DNA from: Eledone cirrhosa | Taxonomy: Eukaryota | DNA length: 64,000 nucleotides | Direction of reading: 5' to 3' | Assembly: GCA_964016885.1 (NCBI GenBank) | Contig: OZ024742.1 | Coordinates: 150,536,001-150,600,000 of the forward strand | Part shown: positions 26,608-40,521 of the stretch, one piece after another | Layout of the letters: every line of letters begins with the position of its first letter | Position numbering within the stretch: the stretch's first letter is position 1 | Translations under genes and position numbers: made by a program | Notes under the pieces: generated by a model | Databases searched by the model: none | Told to the model about the DNA's origin: nothing | Seen by the model: the letters and a program-made list of their open reading frames with translations, nothing else

Positions 26608-26782
26608 GGCGGTGGATTGGCAGTATCGGTAGAGGGTCGGACGTCATGGTTTCCAGCATAGTTACGTCCCTTTACGATCTGAGTTCAAATCCCGCCAAGG
26701 TTGACTTTGCCTTTCATCCTTACGGGGTCGATAAAATATGCACTTGGTAATTGCTGGCCTTGTGCCTAAAGTGGAAACAATT
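26608..26782 (+). mobile_element. SINE family 1 with ~16-bp target-site duplication
   Basis: ATTATTAATATTCGAA at 26591-26606 and 26780-26795. Confidence 0.9.
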
Positions 26783-26807
26783 ATTAATATTCGAAAAACT
26801 CAGATTA

Positions 26808-26884
<77 letters not shown>

Positions 26885-27786
26885 ACATATATATATACAA
26901 TCACTTTGAGACAGACATTCGTACATATAAAATACACAGACGGCACACAACCATTTTCATGTGTATGTTTATGTATATAATATATTGCATATACTTTATA
27001 TTATTTGCCTGTTTGTGTTTGTGTGCATGTGTGTGTGTGCGTGCGCCCGTGTATGTGTACGTGTGTGTGTTCATCAGCAATTATCTAAATAATGAAATAA
27101 CAGAAATATATGAAAATCTCCATAGTTATTTTTGTTGTTTTCTTTGCCGAGGTATTTTTTTATTTTGTTTTTTGGTTGTACTTTTTTTTTTGCCAGCATT
27201 TGAAATTACAAAGTTAATTAGATCTCTCGTATATTGCTTGTTATGAGATATTTAGCATTTCTTGTAACTTTTCTTATGCTTATTTATAATAAGTTTAATA
27301 TCTTTCATGAAACTAGTAACGTCAATCACAGTGTGCTACATTAATGCTGTGAAATGAAACATAGTTGATGAAATATCGAGAAAAAATAATTATATATATA
27401 TATCAGCGTTGATCTCACCGGCTTCAGAGCCAGCGCGATTGCTACAGGGATAGGTCCTCTCGTCACATTAAGCCAACATAGAAACAAGAAAAAAGCCATC
27501 TAAATTAAGATGGTTTATCTTTCAGTTTTCCTCTTTATCTATTTCATATCGTTGACGTTAGACAATTCTAAGTTTAGACGATTTGCTCAGTGAGTATGGT
27601 TCGCTGAGATGTTCAAATAAGATCCAGAAACGTCAGTTGCTTTCACAAAGTTCTACTCCTACATTGTCTAAAATTCTTACAAAAGACTTTGAACAGCTCA
27701 GGCTTTTCATTATTGGAACATCCCCTGAGGGAGTTTCAGTCTTGAAATTGCGAAGACCCACATGATTGAAGTGTTATCTCTCTCTC

Positions 27787-27876
<90 letters not shown>

Positions 27877-27939
27877 GGAATACTGTTGGCTTCTTGCTCA
27901 CAATAATTTCTATACTTTTCATTTATATATATATATATA

Positions 27940-28714
27940 TTGTTATACTTTGGGAGGGTCATGTTGCCAATAAGAAACACACGCATCAGTTGCTTTCACT
28001 TCAATTTATTATAAATTAAATTTATAAATTTAGGAATTTATAAATTTCCGGTTGGTTGGTTGGTTCCACAACCAGATGATTGTTCATATATTGTCAAAGT
28101 TCTTTCGTCACACATTCTGTGACCTCTTCAGTGACTGGGGATTCTTTTCTTTGTTTTTGTGCCTCTCCTTTGTTCTGTCCTACGCCAACCAGTAACATGT
28201 AAATAAACAAATAAATAAACAAATATAAACACATACAGACACCCGGATGTAACACATGCGCAAACTAAGCACACAACACACAGAAAAACAAGATGGCGTA
28301 GGACAGAACAAAGGAGAGGCACAAAAACAAAGAAAAGAATCCCCAGTCACTGAAGAGGTCACAGAATGTGTGACGAAAGAACTTTGACAATATATGAACA
28401 ATCATCTATATATATATTGTTATACTTTGGGAGGGTCATGTTGCCAATAAGAATCCCCAGTCACTGAAGAGGTTACAGAATGGGTGACGAAAGAACTTTG
28501 ACAATATATGAACAATCGTCTGGTTGTGGAACCAACCAACCAACCGGAAATTTATAAATTCCTAAATTTATAAATTTAATTTATAATAAATTGAAGTGAA
28601 AGCAACTGGTGCGTGTTTCTTATTGGCAACATGACCCTCCCAAAGTATAACAATATCGGTTTCAACACACGTTTTCAGATAAAGAATCTTGCTAAACAAA
28701 TTCAGAAACGAAAT
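27940..28714. mobile_element. Family B compound fold-back cluster
   Basis: Outer inverted copies plus inner inversions. HHR motifs at ~28093-28135 (-), 28346-28388 (+) and ~28460-28502 (+). Confidence 0.8.
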
Positions 28715-28904
28715 ATATATATATATATATATATTTCGGTGTGTGTGTGAAACGTTGAAACTTGGATCTGGTATGAGAGTTCGTATAAATATTGGATAAG
28801 TTAATATGAGGGGGCAAAGAAGAGGGATTTGTATTATCACTATCATTCTTCACTCCTCAACTTGTGTTGGCCCGCCTTCGGTTCTGCCAGTTGATACGAT
28901 AAAC

Positions 28905-29125
28905 GAGGGCAGTCTGCTTGGGAAATTAAATGCAAGAGACGCTTAACGCAGTTATCAGGGAGATTTAGCGAACCAGAGAATGAGACAAGGTTGGCCTTTT
29001 GAATTACAGGTACAATTCATTTTTGTCAATGTCTTGCTCATGGACACAAGACGCCGCCGGTTATCTAACTCACGACCGTACAATGATGAACAAAACACCC
29101 TAACCACTAAACCACGTGCCTTCAC
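28905..29125 (-). mobile_element. CORE-like tRNA SINE family 2
   Basis: Head GTGGTTTAGTGGTTAGGGTG and CORE-like GTGTCCATGAGCAAGACA. Confidence 0.6.
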
Positions 29126-29621
29126 ACATTTGACCATATTGAAGACATTTAAATGAATTTAACGCCATATACTGTCAACATTTAGCTCGGATTACGTATG
29201 ACAAAATGGTTTACGACTCTATGCTTCACTCATATCTTCTTCAATCACTACCCTAAGAATAAGTTCACATTGGCATTTTTGCTACCATTGAAAAAACTTA
29301 AAAGACATTGCTAGACACATGCAAACAATTCTTTAAAGGATGAGTTCAAAGGATATCTTCATACACCTGTACACTTGCACATACATACACAAACGCCATG
29401 CCCCCCCCCTCCAGGCCGGACCTTTCAACCTTCCCCTATCACTATTTTTTAAACTTCCTTCCCTTACCTTCTCACACTACTCTTACGTGTATCTGTTACC
29501 TCCTTATCCGAAGTTTCCTGAAGAAGGACCTCTGTTGAAACCTCCTCCACTTCCACCAAGCGTGAACCTAATATAATTGTGTAAAATTGCCTCCTGTGTT
29601 TTGTTTGTTTCATTTATTAAC

Positions 29622-29729
<108 letters not shown>

Positions 29730-30507
29730 TGTCTGTCTGTCTGTCTGTGTGTGTGGAAGTTGTCAATGATTTATATAGCTTTATGTAGGTCAGGGTAATG
29801 GTTTGAGTGCTAGAGACTATTTCTTTGTGGTTGGGTGGCATATGGATATGTGTATATGTGTGTTTTTGTAGATAGGCTTCATGGTTGGTGAGTCTAAATT
29901 GGATCTTTTGTGTATATGTGGTGTGTGTATGGGATAGATTTAGTATATGGGGGAATATTTACATAGAAGAGGAATTTGTGTGTATAGAAAGAATTTATTG
30001 TTTAGGAAAAATCTGTTTCGGACTTGCCTTTAGTTTAAAAAAATAAATTTATTCTGGTGAAAGTCAAACATGATTGGTTAAGGTAGAAAATCTGTTTCTA
30101 GTAGCTAGTGGGAATAAGTGAGGAAGTAACTTTGAAGAAACTATTCATTATGGGATGCTGTGTGTGTATGTGTGTGTATATTGTTGGAGTTCAATTAGAG
30201 AACCTCTAGCGAAGAAAAACATTCACAGTCTTCCACATACACTCTACTACTTCCCTAAATTGGAATCGAAGTTGAAGACACATCAGCTTTGGACTGTGGA
30301 AAACATACAAAATATTGTAACCAACGAGCTATAGGCACTCACAGAAAATGACTTCTGGTACTGATAGGATCAATGGAAAAACATTGGAATCACTGTGTGA
30401 CCTCCTAAGGATCATATTTTGAAGGAGATAACTTATAATTTCATATACGTCTAATATATATTTAAATAAAACACCAGTTCCCTTACTTTTGGCACAAATA
30501 TCATATG

Positions 30508-30576
<69 letters not shown>

Positions 30577-30702
30577 GTGTGTGTGTGAATTTCGTATATC
30601 TAAAGATATACGGTTTGTTTAATAAATAGACATTTTAAAAGTCCAGCTATGAATTGAAAGTCCAGCACCGTCTAGCGGATTCCAGTAAAAGCAGCGGAGG
30701 AT

Positions 30703-30747
30703 AACACTCTATACGCTTCGAGCTCTGGCTCTCATCAGTTCAGTGTT
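30703..30747 (-). ncRNA. Degenerate hammerhead motif
   Basis: CTGATGA GAGC-caga-GCTC GAAG CG TA. The GAAA is mutated and stem I is imperfect. Confidence 0.45.
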
Positions 30748-31206
30748 TCCCCTTGCTCTCTGCTGGAACTTGACACAGGCGAAAATATAGAGATGTTTCG
30801 CTTGTGTATTTCCTGCGAACTACACAACAACCCTATAACTGCATCGTATTAAAAAGATGGAAGTCTTTACTGCAAATGTTCGCAACGATCTGTCAATCAG
30901 TGAAGATATTACAAACCTGTTTATTTATTTTTTTAGATATTTTCTGCAAAATCATTGCAGCATATTAAAGAGTTAATTCTCTTACTAGTTCCATTTAACT
31001 ATGCAGTTTTCCCTCGGTTGGTACAGTTTTTCATTCTAATTGTATTCAACACAATGTATTATCTCTGGAATCCTCACAGGTTTTTTGTATGTGCCGACCT
31101 GATAGCATATTAATTAATATACCGGGAGACAGATTAATTAAACGAAACATTTGAAATATGAGAATTATGAATTTCAATACAACTAATTATATTTTTTATC
31201 AAATTA

Positions 31207-31923
31207 CCGTATTTCCCGGCGCCGAAGACACTTCGTCCTCGAGGAAGCACTCTAATTTTGATAACCAAAAGTTTGAAAAAAAAAAGAGTAATTGTTTCTA
31301 CTTTTGGCACAAGGCCAGCAAATTCACCAGTGTATTACTGGTACTTTATTTTATCGACCCCATAAGGATGAAAGGCAAAGTTAACCGCGGCGGGATTTGA
31401 ACTCAGAATGGCAAGGACCGTAACTCTATGCGTCAAAGCATGGCACCCGACCCTCTACTGATACTGCCAATCCAATAATAACAACCTTCAACCTCCAGGA
31501 CGCATGGTAGATCTTTTAGACTTATTTTAATAATAATAATAATAATGAAATTATTGTGTACAGTGCTCAGGTGCACTACAACTCATCAAAGGTGCATGTA
31601 TAGTACATAGAATAATAAAGTGTCAGGAAAATGAACAGTGTATGAGTCATGATATAATAACAATAACAATAATGAAATATTGTGTACAGTGCCCAGGTGC
31701 ACCACAACTCATCAAAAAAGTGCATGTACAGTACATAGGGCAATGCACAAACATCAGTAAAATGAACAGTGCACGAGTCATGATACACACATGTGTGCAT
31801 GTGTATGGAAGGGGTACATCAGGTGTAGTTTTGGCGTATTTCGGGAAGCATGAGTGTCTTAAAGGATGCAGTGTCTCGGCAGCTAACAGGTAATAAGTAG
31901 CGTCTTCGACGCCGGAAACACGG
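31207..31923. mobile_element. Second copy of the CCGTATTT MITE, carrying two nested insertions
   Basis: TIRs at both ends with TA flanks. SINE family 1 at ~31288-31474 and a (TAA)n-tailed insert at ~31529-31890. Confidence 0.75.
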
Positions 31924-31984
31924 TAGTTACTGGCATATACTAGTAAATAATTCATAATCATTAGGTTACTCTAATTCTACACAA

Positions 31985-32105
31985 TAATCGGAACAGATTT
32001 GGCAACCCGCAGGTGTGAGCCTCGCAAGCTGAAATGGCTCTTCCAGCGCATTTCCCTCACCATCCTCGGGGAAACACCTTCTCTCTTCTGTCTGCGCAGA
32101 GGCCA
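31985..32105 (+). mobile_element. CRE-type LINE C-terminal fragment
   Basis: TIIGTDLATRRCEPRKLKWLFQRISLTILG matches the 55296-55685 peptide. Confidence 0.75.
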
Positions 32106-32116
32106 TCATTTGCTTA

Positions 32117-32310
32117 TAATAATTGTTTCTACTTTTGGCACAAGGCCAGCAATTACTCAGTACATTACTGGTACTTTATTTTATCGACCCCGTAAGGATG
32201 ATAGGCAAAGTTAACCTCGGCGGGATTTGAAATCAGACCATAAAGAGCCGTAACTCTCTGCGGCAAAGTATGTCGTCAGACCCGCTATCGATACTGCCAA
32301 TTCACCACCC
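32117..32310 (-). mobile_element. SINE family 1
   Basis: Core, tail and A-box. Confidence 0.85.
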
Positions 32311-32996
32311 TTGCTCATAATAATGAGAGATGGGGAGAGCGGGAGAGACGGAAACAGTGACAGTGGGAATTTGGTTCCTTTGTGTTCGGACCTGATGTAT
32401 ATGTATATGTTTCACGGACACACACACACTAAACTCATTATTTAGATGGAACCATTTTATTTGTTGCTCCACTAGAATGTAATAAGTTCCTAGTGAGCGT
32501 TGAGTGCAACCCAAATACAAATCTTTGTTGAAACATGTTTTTTCTTGTTGATTTGTTTCCGTGTAAGTACGGAAAGGGGAGGCCAACACCCACTACACTT
32601 TGTTTTTTCAGGGCCTCCAAAACTGGTAGGAGGAGGTATTGAAGTTACCTTTACAGCGGTGATCTGCCCCCAAATGCTTGCAACAAACAGTGTAGTGTAC
32701 ATGTACAGTTGAAGGAGGTGTTAATAAATCGGGGAAAGAATTAAGTTTCAAAAAAACACAAAAAAGAAGCAACAAAAAAAAAACAACAACAAAAAAAAAA
32801 CAGAACGGAAAAGAGCCAGGAAAAATATTGCAAAGCATCTCATCAGATGTTCTAGCAATTCCGTCAAAATTGGTATTGCTTTTAGTGAAGTTTATAACGG
32901 CGGAATTTGGACTCAGAGAGCAGAAAACCAGAATACAAATACCGCCAAGCATTATGTATTTTCTTCGTAGACCATAATTTTATAAACACGACGCTT

Positions 32997-33301
32997 TATT
33001 ATTTATTTTTTGGATATCTATCCATGTCGTAATTCTCTGTATAAGAGATATTTTGTAAGGGAAGCAACTCATTTTTACTTTGATTTAGATTAAACTATTA
33101 TTTTTTTTTTTGTATATCTATCCATGTCGTAATTCTCTGTATAAGAGATATTTTGTAAGGGAAGCAACTCATTTTTACTTTGATTTAGATTAAACTATTA
33201 TTTTTTTTTTTGTATATCTATCCATGTCGTAATTCTCTGTATAAGAGATATTTTGTAAGGGAAGCAACTCATTTTTACTTTGATTTAGATTAAACTATTA
33301 T
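32997..33301. repeat. Three tandem copies of a 100-bp unit
   Basis: TATCTATCCATGTCGTAATTC at 33015, 33115 and 33215, near-identical. Confidence 0.95.
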
Positions 33302-33742
33302 AGTTATTTCCCCTGCATACATTCAAATTGCATTACTTCGTATTTATGAGGGTTTGTGTGGCGTCAGCGAGAAGGCGAGAGGGAGATAAAGGGATTGAGA
33401 GAGATTGAGATAGTGAGTGTATGTGCTTCTACACATTCATAAGATATAAACATGCGTAAACGTACACACAAACGTACACAAACACATACTTACTTAAACA
33501 AATATGAATGAGACAAAAAACAGTGTATATAAGAGAGGACGACAAAGTAAATGACGTGGAGATGAGAGACAAGCAGACTCGTAAACAGACAGATGAAGAA
33601 ACAGACAGAATAAACGATGGAGAGACAACGAAACGATTTTGTCGGTAGCTTGAAAATGAATTGCGAGAGAAGTCAATTAATCTGATTAAGATTTTTCCCC
33701 ACTTTTTAGCATAACTGTAATTATAATTGTAGTTTATCCTGG

Positions 33743-33863
<121 letters not shown>

Positions 33864-33890
33864 CATACAAATATATATATATATATACAT

Positions 33891-33970
<80 letters not shown>

Positions 33971-33987
33971 TTATACATATATTATAT

Positions 33988-34044
<57 letters not shown>

Positions 34045-34045
<1 letters not shown>

Positions 34046-34172
34046 CTAAGGAATTGTGGTAAAGAGCCAGATGGACCATAACGCACCAGAGTACTCAATA
34101 CTTAGTACAGTGGGTAATAGGAAAAGTTATGACCCCGACGGCAGAGCTCAAGCCGTTTCGACGGCTATTTCC
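34045..34172 (-). mobile_element. HHR mini-element family A in (TA)n
   Basis: Matches the other family A copies and ends within HHR stem II. Confidence 0.75.
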
Positions 34173-34260
34173 TACATATATATATATATGTGTGTGTGTG
34201 CGTGTGTGTGTATATGTGAATATATATATGTGTATATATATATATATGTTTATATATATG

Positions 34261-34354
<94 letters not shown>

Positions 34355-34411
34355 TATATATATGTATATATATATGTGTATATATATATATGTGTGTATA
34401 TGTATATATCC

Positions 34412-35090
34412 TCAGTGTATACTGATTAATGTTCAGAGCCATCCTCAGCATTCTCGTGTAGCACCCATCCACCATCTGAGTGAGTTTCTTGGTCAGTGTC
34501 CAAGTCTCAGACCCATACAGCAGCACAGACTCCACTATAGCAATGAAGAGGCGGATTTTCAGGTCTTTATGAAGGTCCGACTACCACACCGATCTCAAGC
34601 TGTGGCACACCGCCCAGGCCTTGCTCTTCCTCTCAACCACATCATCTTCCGCATTCCCAATCTTTGCTCCCAAATACAGGAAGTCCTCAACCAATTCTAG
34701 CGGCTTCCCGCCTACATTAGTAATCCCCTCTGGCTTCTCAACATTCTCTACCAGATATTTTGTTTTAGTCTCATTCATTCTCAGCCCCACACTCATCGAC
34801 ACAGTCAGTCAATGCCATAAGTCAGCTCAAAACTGATACAGAGGAGACTGAGGTTGGCTGGACATGCTCACCGACATCCAGAGTTGACATTGCACTCAGT
34901 GCTCCTTTGGGAGCCCCTACATGGACACACTAGAAGAGGAAGACCAAGGTTAACGTATGTTGATGCCCTAAGGACAGACACTGGTCTGTTGGAGACGCAG
35001 GACATGGCAGCGATAATGAGGGACAGAGACCGCTGGAGAGAACTCGTCCATGGATCTCGGGAATTTTACCCGCCTTAGAATAGAATAGAA
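34412..35090 (+). mobile_element. RTE-type LINE 3' fragment with 5' inversion
   Basis: Minus segment 34412-34802 ([27 protein letters not shown]) joined to a plus segment (LAGHAHRH, RRGRPRLTY), ending in a (TAGAA)3 tail. Confidence 0.85.
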
Positions 35091-35322
35091 TATATATGTG
35101 TGTGTGTATATGTATATATATATGATTTTATCATTTATTTTGTTTGACCTGTTTAGCTTGACTTGTTTTTTGGCTTAGGTGGTTAATGCCTTCTTGACCT
35201 TAAAACCACGTTTTAACATATGTTTAGCTCTGGTTTTTTTAACTATAGAGCGCTTGCCAGCATAACTCTGATTTTGCTTTTAGTTTCGCTTTTTCTACTT
35301 GCCGAAATGCGATTCTCGCTGA

Positions 35323-35972
<650 letters not shown>

Positions 35973-35988
35973 AATATATATATATACG

Positions 35989-36020
<32 letters not shown>

Positions 36021-36049
36021 CATTCATACATACATATATATATATATAT

Positions 36050-36690
36050 ACAGGAAAAGAAAGCAACATTGGAAAGGACTATAAATGCCACAAATGAGAG
36101 GAAAAAGAGGAAGAGGCCGGACAAGCCCTGGTATTTGCTTGTCTCCCTGTCCTCTGCATTGCCGGCTGCGGTACCGGGGTTTGTAGCTGAAATGACTCAG
36201 TTGGAGGGAGAGAACATTTCACAGCAAGTCGCGTCCCAGATGAGTGATTTACCTCCCTTTGAATGGGAAGAGAGTAATCCCGTCGGGGCGCTTGCCGTCT
36301 TCGCGGTCGACGCCTGCTGGCTACGTCTAGGCTCCTTCTCCTTATGTCGTTGAGAGTGGTATGTCGTGGGTACCGACCTAAGCTTTGGTGGCATGATAGT
36401 AGGTTCAGGCCGAAATCGTCGACGGCAGCTCCACAACACCATTTGTGTGGCCCACATACGCGGAGGCCGAGGTGTTGGGCCAATCAGATGCGAATGCACA
36501 AAAATGGTACCGGTTGATAAGATAGAAATGATAAGGGAGCAAACTCTGCATCCTTGGCAGTATGCCACAGCTGTGCTCCGCAGACAAGATGTCAAAAACA
36601 TTGCTGCGGAAGAACAGCCAGGGATTCAAGAGGCATCAGCCAATTCACCTCTAATGTCTCCTTTATCTGGCGTGATGTACTCATCTCAAT
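36050..36690 (-). mobile_element. Degenerate CRE-type LINE endonuclease region
   Basis: [36 protein letters not shown]. Confidence 0.75.
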
Positions 36691-36773
36691 TTGGCTGAGG
36701 AAAACGGCAGTCTGTGAACCGAGAACACCGGAAACCACAATAGCAACCGGCACAATACGGAAACAGTCTGTCA

Positions 36774-36962
36774 ATTAATTGTTTCTACTTTTGGCACAAG
36801 GCCAGCAATTACTCAGTGCATTACTTGTACTTTATTTTATCGAACCCCTAAGGATGAAAGGCAAAGTTAACCTTGGCGGGTTTTGAACTCAGAATGGCAA
36901 GGGCCGTAACTCTAAGCGTCAAAGCATGGTGTCCGACCCTCTACCGATACTGCTAATCCACC
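36774..36962 (-). mobile_element. SINE family 1
   Basis: Full consensus match. Confidence 0.9.
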
Positions 36963-38182
36963 CTGGCATTTAGATAAATGGACGTAAATATCGAATTTAG
37001 ACTAACTACCTCTTCACTTAAAACGGTAGAAACCATATTGGATACTGTTGTCCTAGATACTATGTCTAGCGATAAAAAGGAACAGTATAGGTTTATTTAA
37101 TCAGGGCTAGGGTTAACCAGTAATGACAACGTGCGTGAAGAAAGAAATTCGAAAGCATGGATTTCTGATAGAGAATGAATAGATAGATTGTGGTAGTACA
37201 GGATTTAGAAATTGTGGTACTGTGAGATAGAAGAGACGGGTATATCAGGTGGAAGGAAAATATGGAGTTAATTAGTTCAAAGGGGCAGAGCATTCGGTGT
37301 AACCATATAAAGATAGAGAGAAGCGTCTGCGAACTGATGGTTGTAGTGGTTTGATGAATGAATTCTTGCATATCAGACTAATGGCCTTATAACGGAATAC
37401 TCCTATGTTTCTCGCATCTGGGACAATCTATCGTTGGAGGTTCTCACTATTGTCTTGTAAAGACAACGATGATAAATGTACAATCCATTTGACCTGTGAC
37501 CCCCCAACCTCTTGGGAGACGATAACCACAGGGCTGACTATAAATCAACCTCATATATCCATCATTCTAACTTTAGCACTTATTATAAATACAAGGAGTT
37601 AAGGAACCCAAGGGTCAGACTCGAAGCGGCAGTCAACAAGAAAACGATGTAGCATCAGTAGACTGTTCACTCTATCTTTCTCCTGGTCCTTACTGGCTTA
37701 CCCTTTCGGCCACTGACACAGCCAGACAGCCAGCCATGCCTGTCTGACAGATTGACCACTACTACTATGAGGATAATATATTCTAAGAATAGGCACACAC
37801 ACATAGTAAGTTCATATTGTTCACATTATACTCTCATCCTATTCTTCCTGTAATATTGTATCTGCAAGAGACAACACAACTTATATACTATATCGTCTTT
37901 TCTTATAAATGGATTTACGTAGCTCGTAGCAGCTAATAATTTAATGTATGGATATTTTCATGTCATAAATGTTATTACTCAGTGTTCAAATCGAATAGTG
38001 TTATTATAAAATAAACATTGTTAACAACTCAATCATGGCATTATTCTTTTCATCAAAAACTACCATATAAAGGGTACAACTTATCCGTTACAACGTTTCT
38101 TTTGGATGCGAACGAGAATGTTTGATTGTGAAGAAGCAGCATCACTCACCCAGATATGTAAGTAATATTCTAAATACTTGAT

Positions 38183-38490
38183 AGGTGACGAATTGGCAGA
38201 GTCGGATAGAATGCTTCACGGTATCGTCTGGGCTCTTTGCTCTCTAAGTTCAAATTCCGCCGAAGTCAACTTAGCCTTTCATCCATTCGAGGTCAATAAA
38301 AAAAATACCAGTCTACTATTTGGATCGATATTTCCTCTGTATCTCTTTATCACTTCCATTCTCCCACACTCTGTTTCTTTGGAAGAAATCTGATGCATTC
38401 GGACCTGGAGAGGAGACGGGCTCCACCAGGTTTTTAAAAATGCCCTAGAAACGCCGTATGTCACTACGGCGCCCCTACGAGTGAACATGC
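38183..38490 (+). mobile_element. SINE family 1 variant with a 3' extension
   Basis: A-box TGGCAGAGTCGG and B-box AAGTTCAAATTC. Extension shared with 21770-21925. Confidence 0.6.
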
Positions 38491-38519
38491 ATACATACTA
38501 AGTACTTGAAATTTGTGGG

Positions 38520-38800
38520 TTTGTCACTGATCAGATTTCGTGTATTTTCTGGTCCTGTAGATAAGGCTTAATTTGATGGATGTAGTTCTAGCAATGTTAT
38601 AGATGTGAGTGATAATGACATACAATTTTGTTGTGATGGAATTCGTAGTGTATCGTTGGTTGACATCATTAATGAAGGCATCTCGAATTTGGTGCGAGAT
38701 ATCTATGTTTATTGTAGAGGATGTATGTGCGAACGAATAAGAATAAACGAAAGGTTGTATCAACTGCAAGCACGCTAGAATGGAAGCCAACCGGCACGGG
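38520..38800 (-). mobile_element. Possible Gypsy gag remnant
   Basis: QIRDAFIN motif only. Confidence 0.3.
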
Positions 38801-39130
38801 CTTACAATTTACGAGAAGCCTACACCGCTATAAGAAGTAATGCGTTGGAGCCCTTTGATAAAATATTTTCTTTGTGTATATATATAAATCGTTCGAATTT
38901 TTTAATTCTCTTTTGTTACTTCTATGTATATGTACAATGCATATATAATCCATGTGTATTCAACTCTGATTACTTAAATATATAATAATCAGTTTGAAAT
39001 ATGATCTACATTTCTCATGAAACCTGTAAAAATGCGGCCTATATATTATATCCGTCTTGATTGTATTACTATCCTTGTTTGGGTTTGTCAACGTGAACGT
39101 GTGTGTACTTAGAAGTGACAACAAGTAGAT

Positions 39131-39318
39131 AATTAATTGTTTCTACTTTTGGCATAAGGCCAGCAATTACTCAGTGTATTACTGGTACTTTATTTTTCGA
39201 CCCCATAAGGATGAAAGGCAAAGTTAACCTCGGCGGGATTTGAACTCAGAATGGCAAGGGCCGTAACTCTATGCGTCAAAGCATGGCATCCGACCCTCTA
39301 CCGATACTGCCAATCCAC
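39131..39318 (-). mobile_element. SINE family 1
   Basis: Full consensus match. Confidence 0.9.
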
Positions 39319-40096
39319 ACAGAAATAAGAATATAGGTGACATAACCTAATTTAGGAGTGCACCAGAGTTGATAGTGCGTCAGTCAGAGGAGGCTATTTG
39401 TCAGCACGTTATGGAAGTGCCATCAGCCAGTTTTCCATCAGATGCAAGATGCCAGACATGTTCGTAGTCTTTGATAATATCAAAGACAACAATATTGTTT
39501 TCGGTGAAGTTCTCAAAGTCAGGATATCCTTTGTGAGTGACATAAAAGTTAAAGCCTCCTATGATTAAATCTTTACAGAAACCATGATTGTGGTCACAGA
39601 AGCTACAGAGATAAACTCGTGTTGACAAAGAAAGGCTTTCTTTTTACTCACCTCAAGACAATAAAGCCACAAACATACATTTAAGATTAGATAAGTGAGT
39701 GTTAACAACGTTAACAAGTTTTGGGAGTGGTGGTGATAGAACGGTGGTTTGCAGAGTCAAGGAGAAGAGGAATACAATATTAACATGCACTCAATAGACA
39801 GGCACAAATCTCTAATATGGAAGAGGTTAACGAGGATAAGGTGATGAGTTTCAGAAAGAAATATTGTCAGTACTGGTTAACTTACTACAAAGAATCGAAC
39901 TTTGTAACTGTAGATACAGTCAGGTGCTATAAATGATAACTTAGGAAATAGAATTTCGATTCTTTATAGCCACAGCCGCTGGCCATATTTCTCCGTCAAT
40001 AGGGATATTTTACCCGATTTTCTAAGTTATTTATAGCAGCCATCTGTATTTACAGTTATTTTCTGTCTCAGTTACCTACATATTCTATGTATGTAT

Positions 40097-40171
<75 letters not shown>

Positions 40172-40201
40172 GAAGTAGTTCCACAACAGTTAGTCCACCA
40201 T

Positions 40202-40244
40202 ACCGAGAACAAATGTTTCACCTTAATCGGATCTTCAGCTCGGT
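40202..40244 (-). ncRNA. Hammerhead motif in a family C copy (40171-40245)
   Basis: ACCGAG CTGAAGA TCCGATTAAGGT GAAA CATTTG TT CTCGGT: 6-bp stem I, weak stem II. Confidence 0.65.
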
Positions 40245-40521
40245 GTATGTGTATGTGCGCGCGCGCGCGTGTTTGTGTTTGTTTGAGGTGAGACTCCTTT
40301 ATCAGGATGGCTTGGGACTAAGCAGCAACAACATATGATCTTGTGCCTTGCAAAAGAAAGAAATAAAAACGACTTCGTCATTCTCATTTTCCGTGTGAGT
40401 TTGGGTTTAGGTGTGTGAGTGAATTTTTGGTGGCGTCAAGGCTGGTTTCGCGTCTGCTGAATTCTCTGACCCCCTCCAATGACAGAGGTGGGGAACGCCA
40501 TATATATATATATATATAAAC

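Larger units (their letters stand above)
26252..26809 (+). mobile_element. Fold-back mini-element with central HHR; right arm interrupted by a SINE
   Basis: Arms 26266-26344 / 26528-26606, continuing as 26252-26265 / 26796-26809 beyond the SINE. Confidence 0.75.

Noticed and set aside
32997-33301. CRISPR-like array (also 24953-25232)
   Set aside because: Contiguous tandem units without unique spacers, no cas genes, and a eukaryotic context.
37388-38091. Solo LTR (TATAACGG...CCGTTACA with TATA and AATAAA)
   Set aside because: The 5' TG is absent and there is no matching TSD.
39401-39628. 75-aa ORF as a host exon
   Set aside because: DLIIGGFNF looks more like a decayed LINE endonuclease GDFN motif, and there is no other support.
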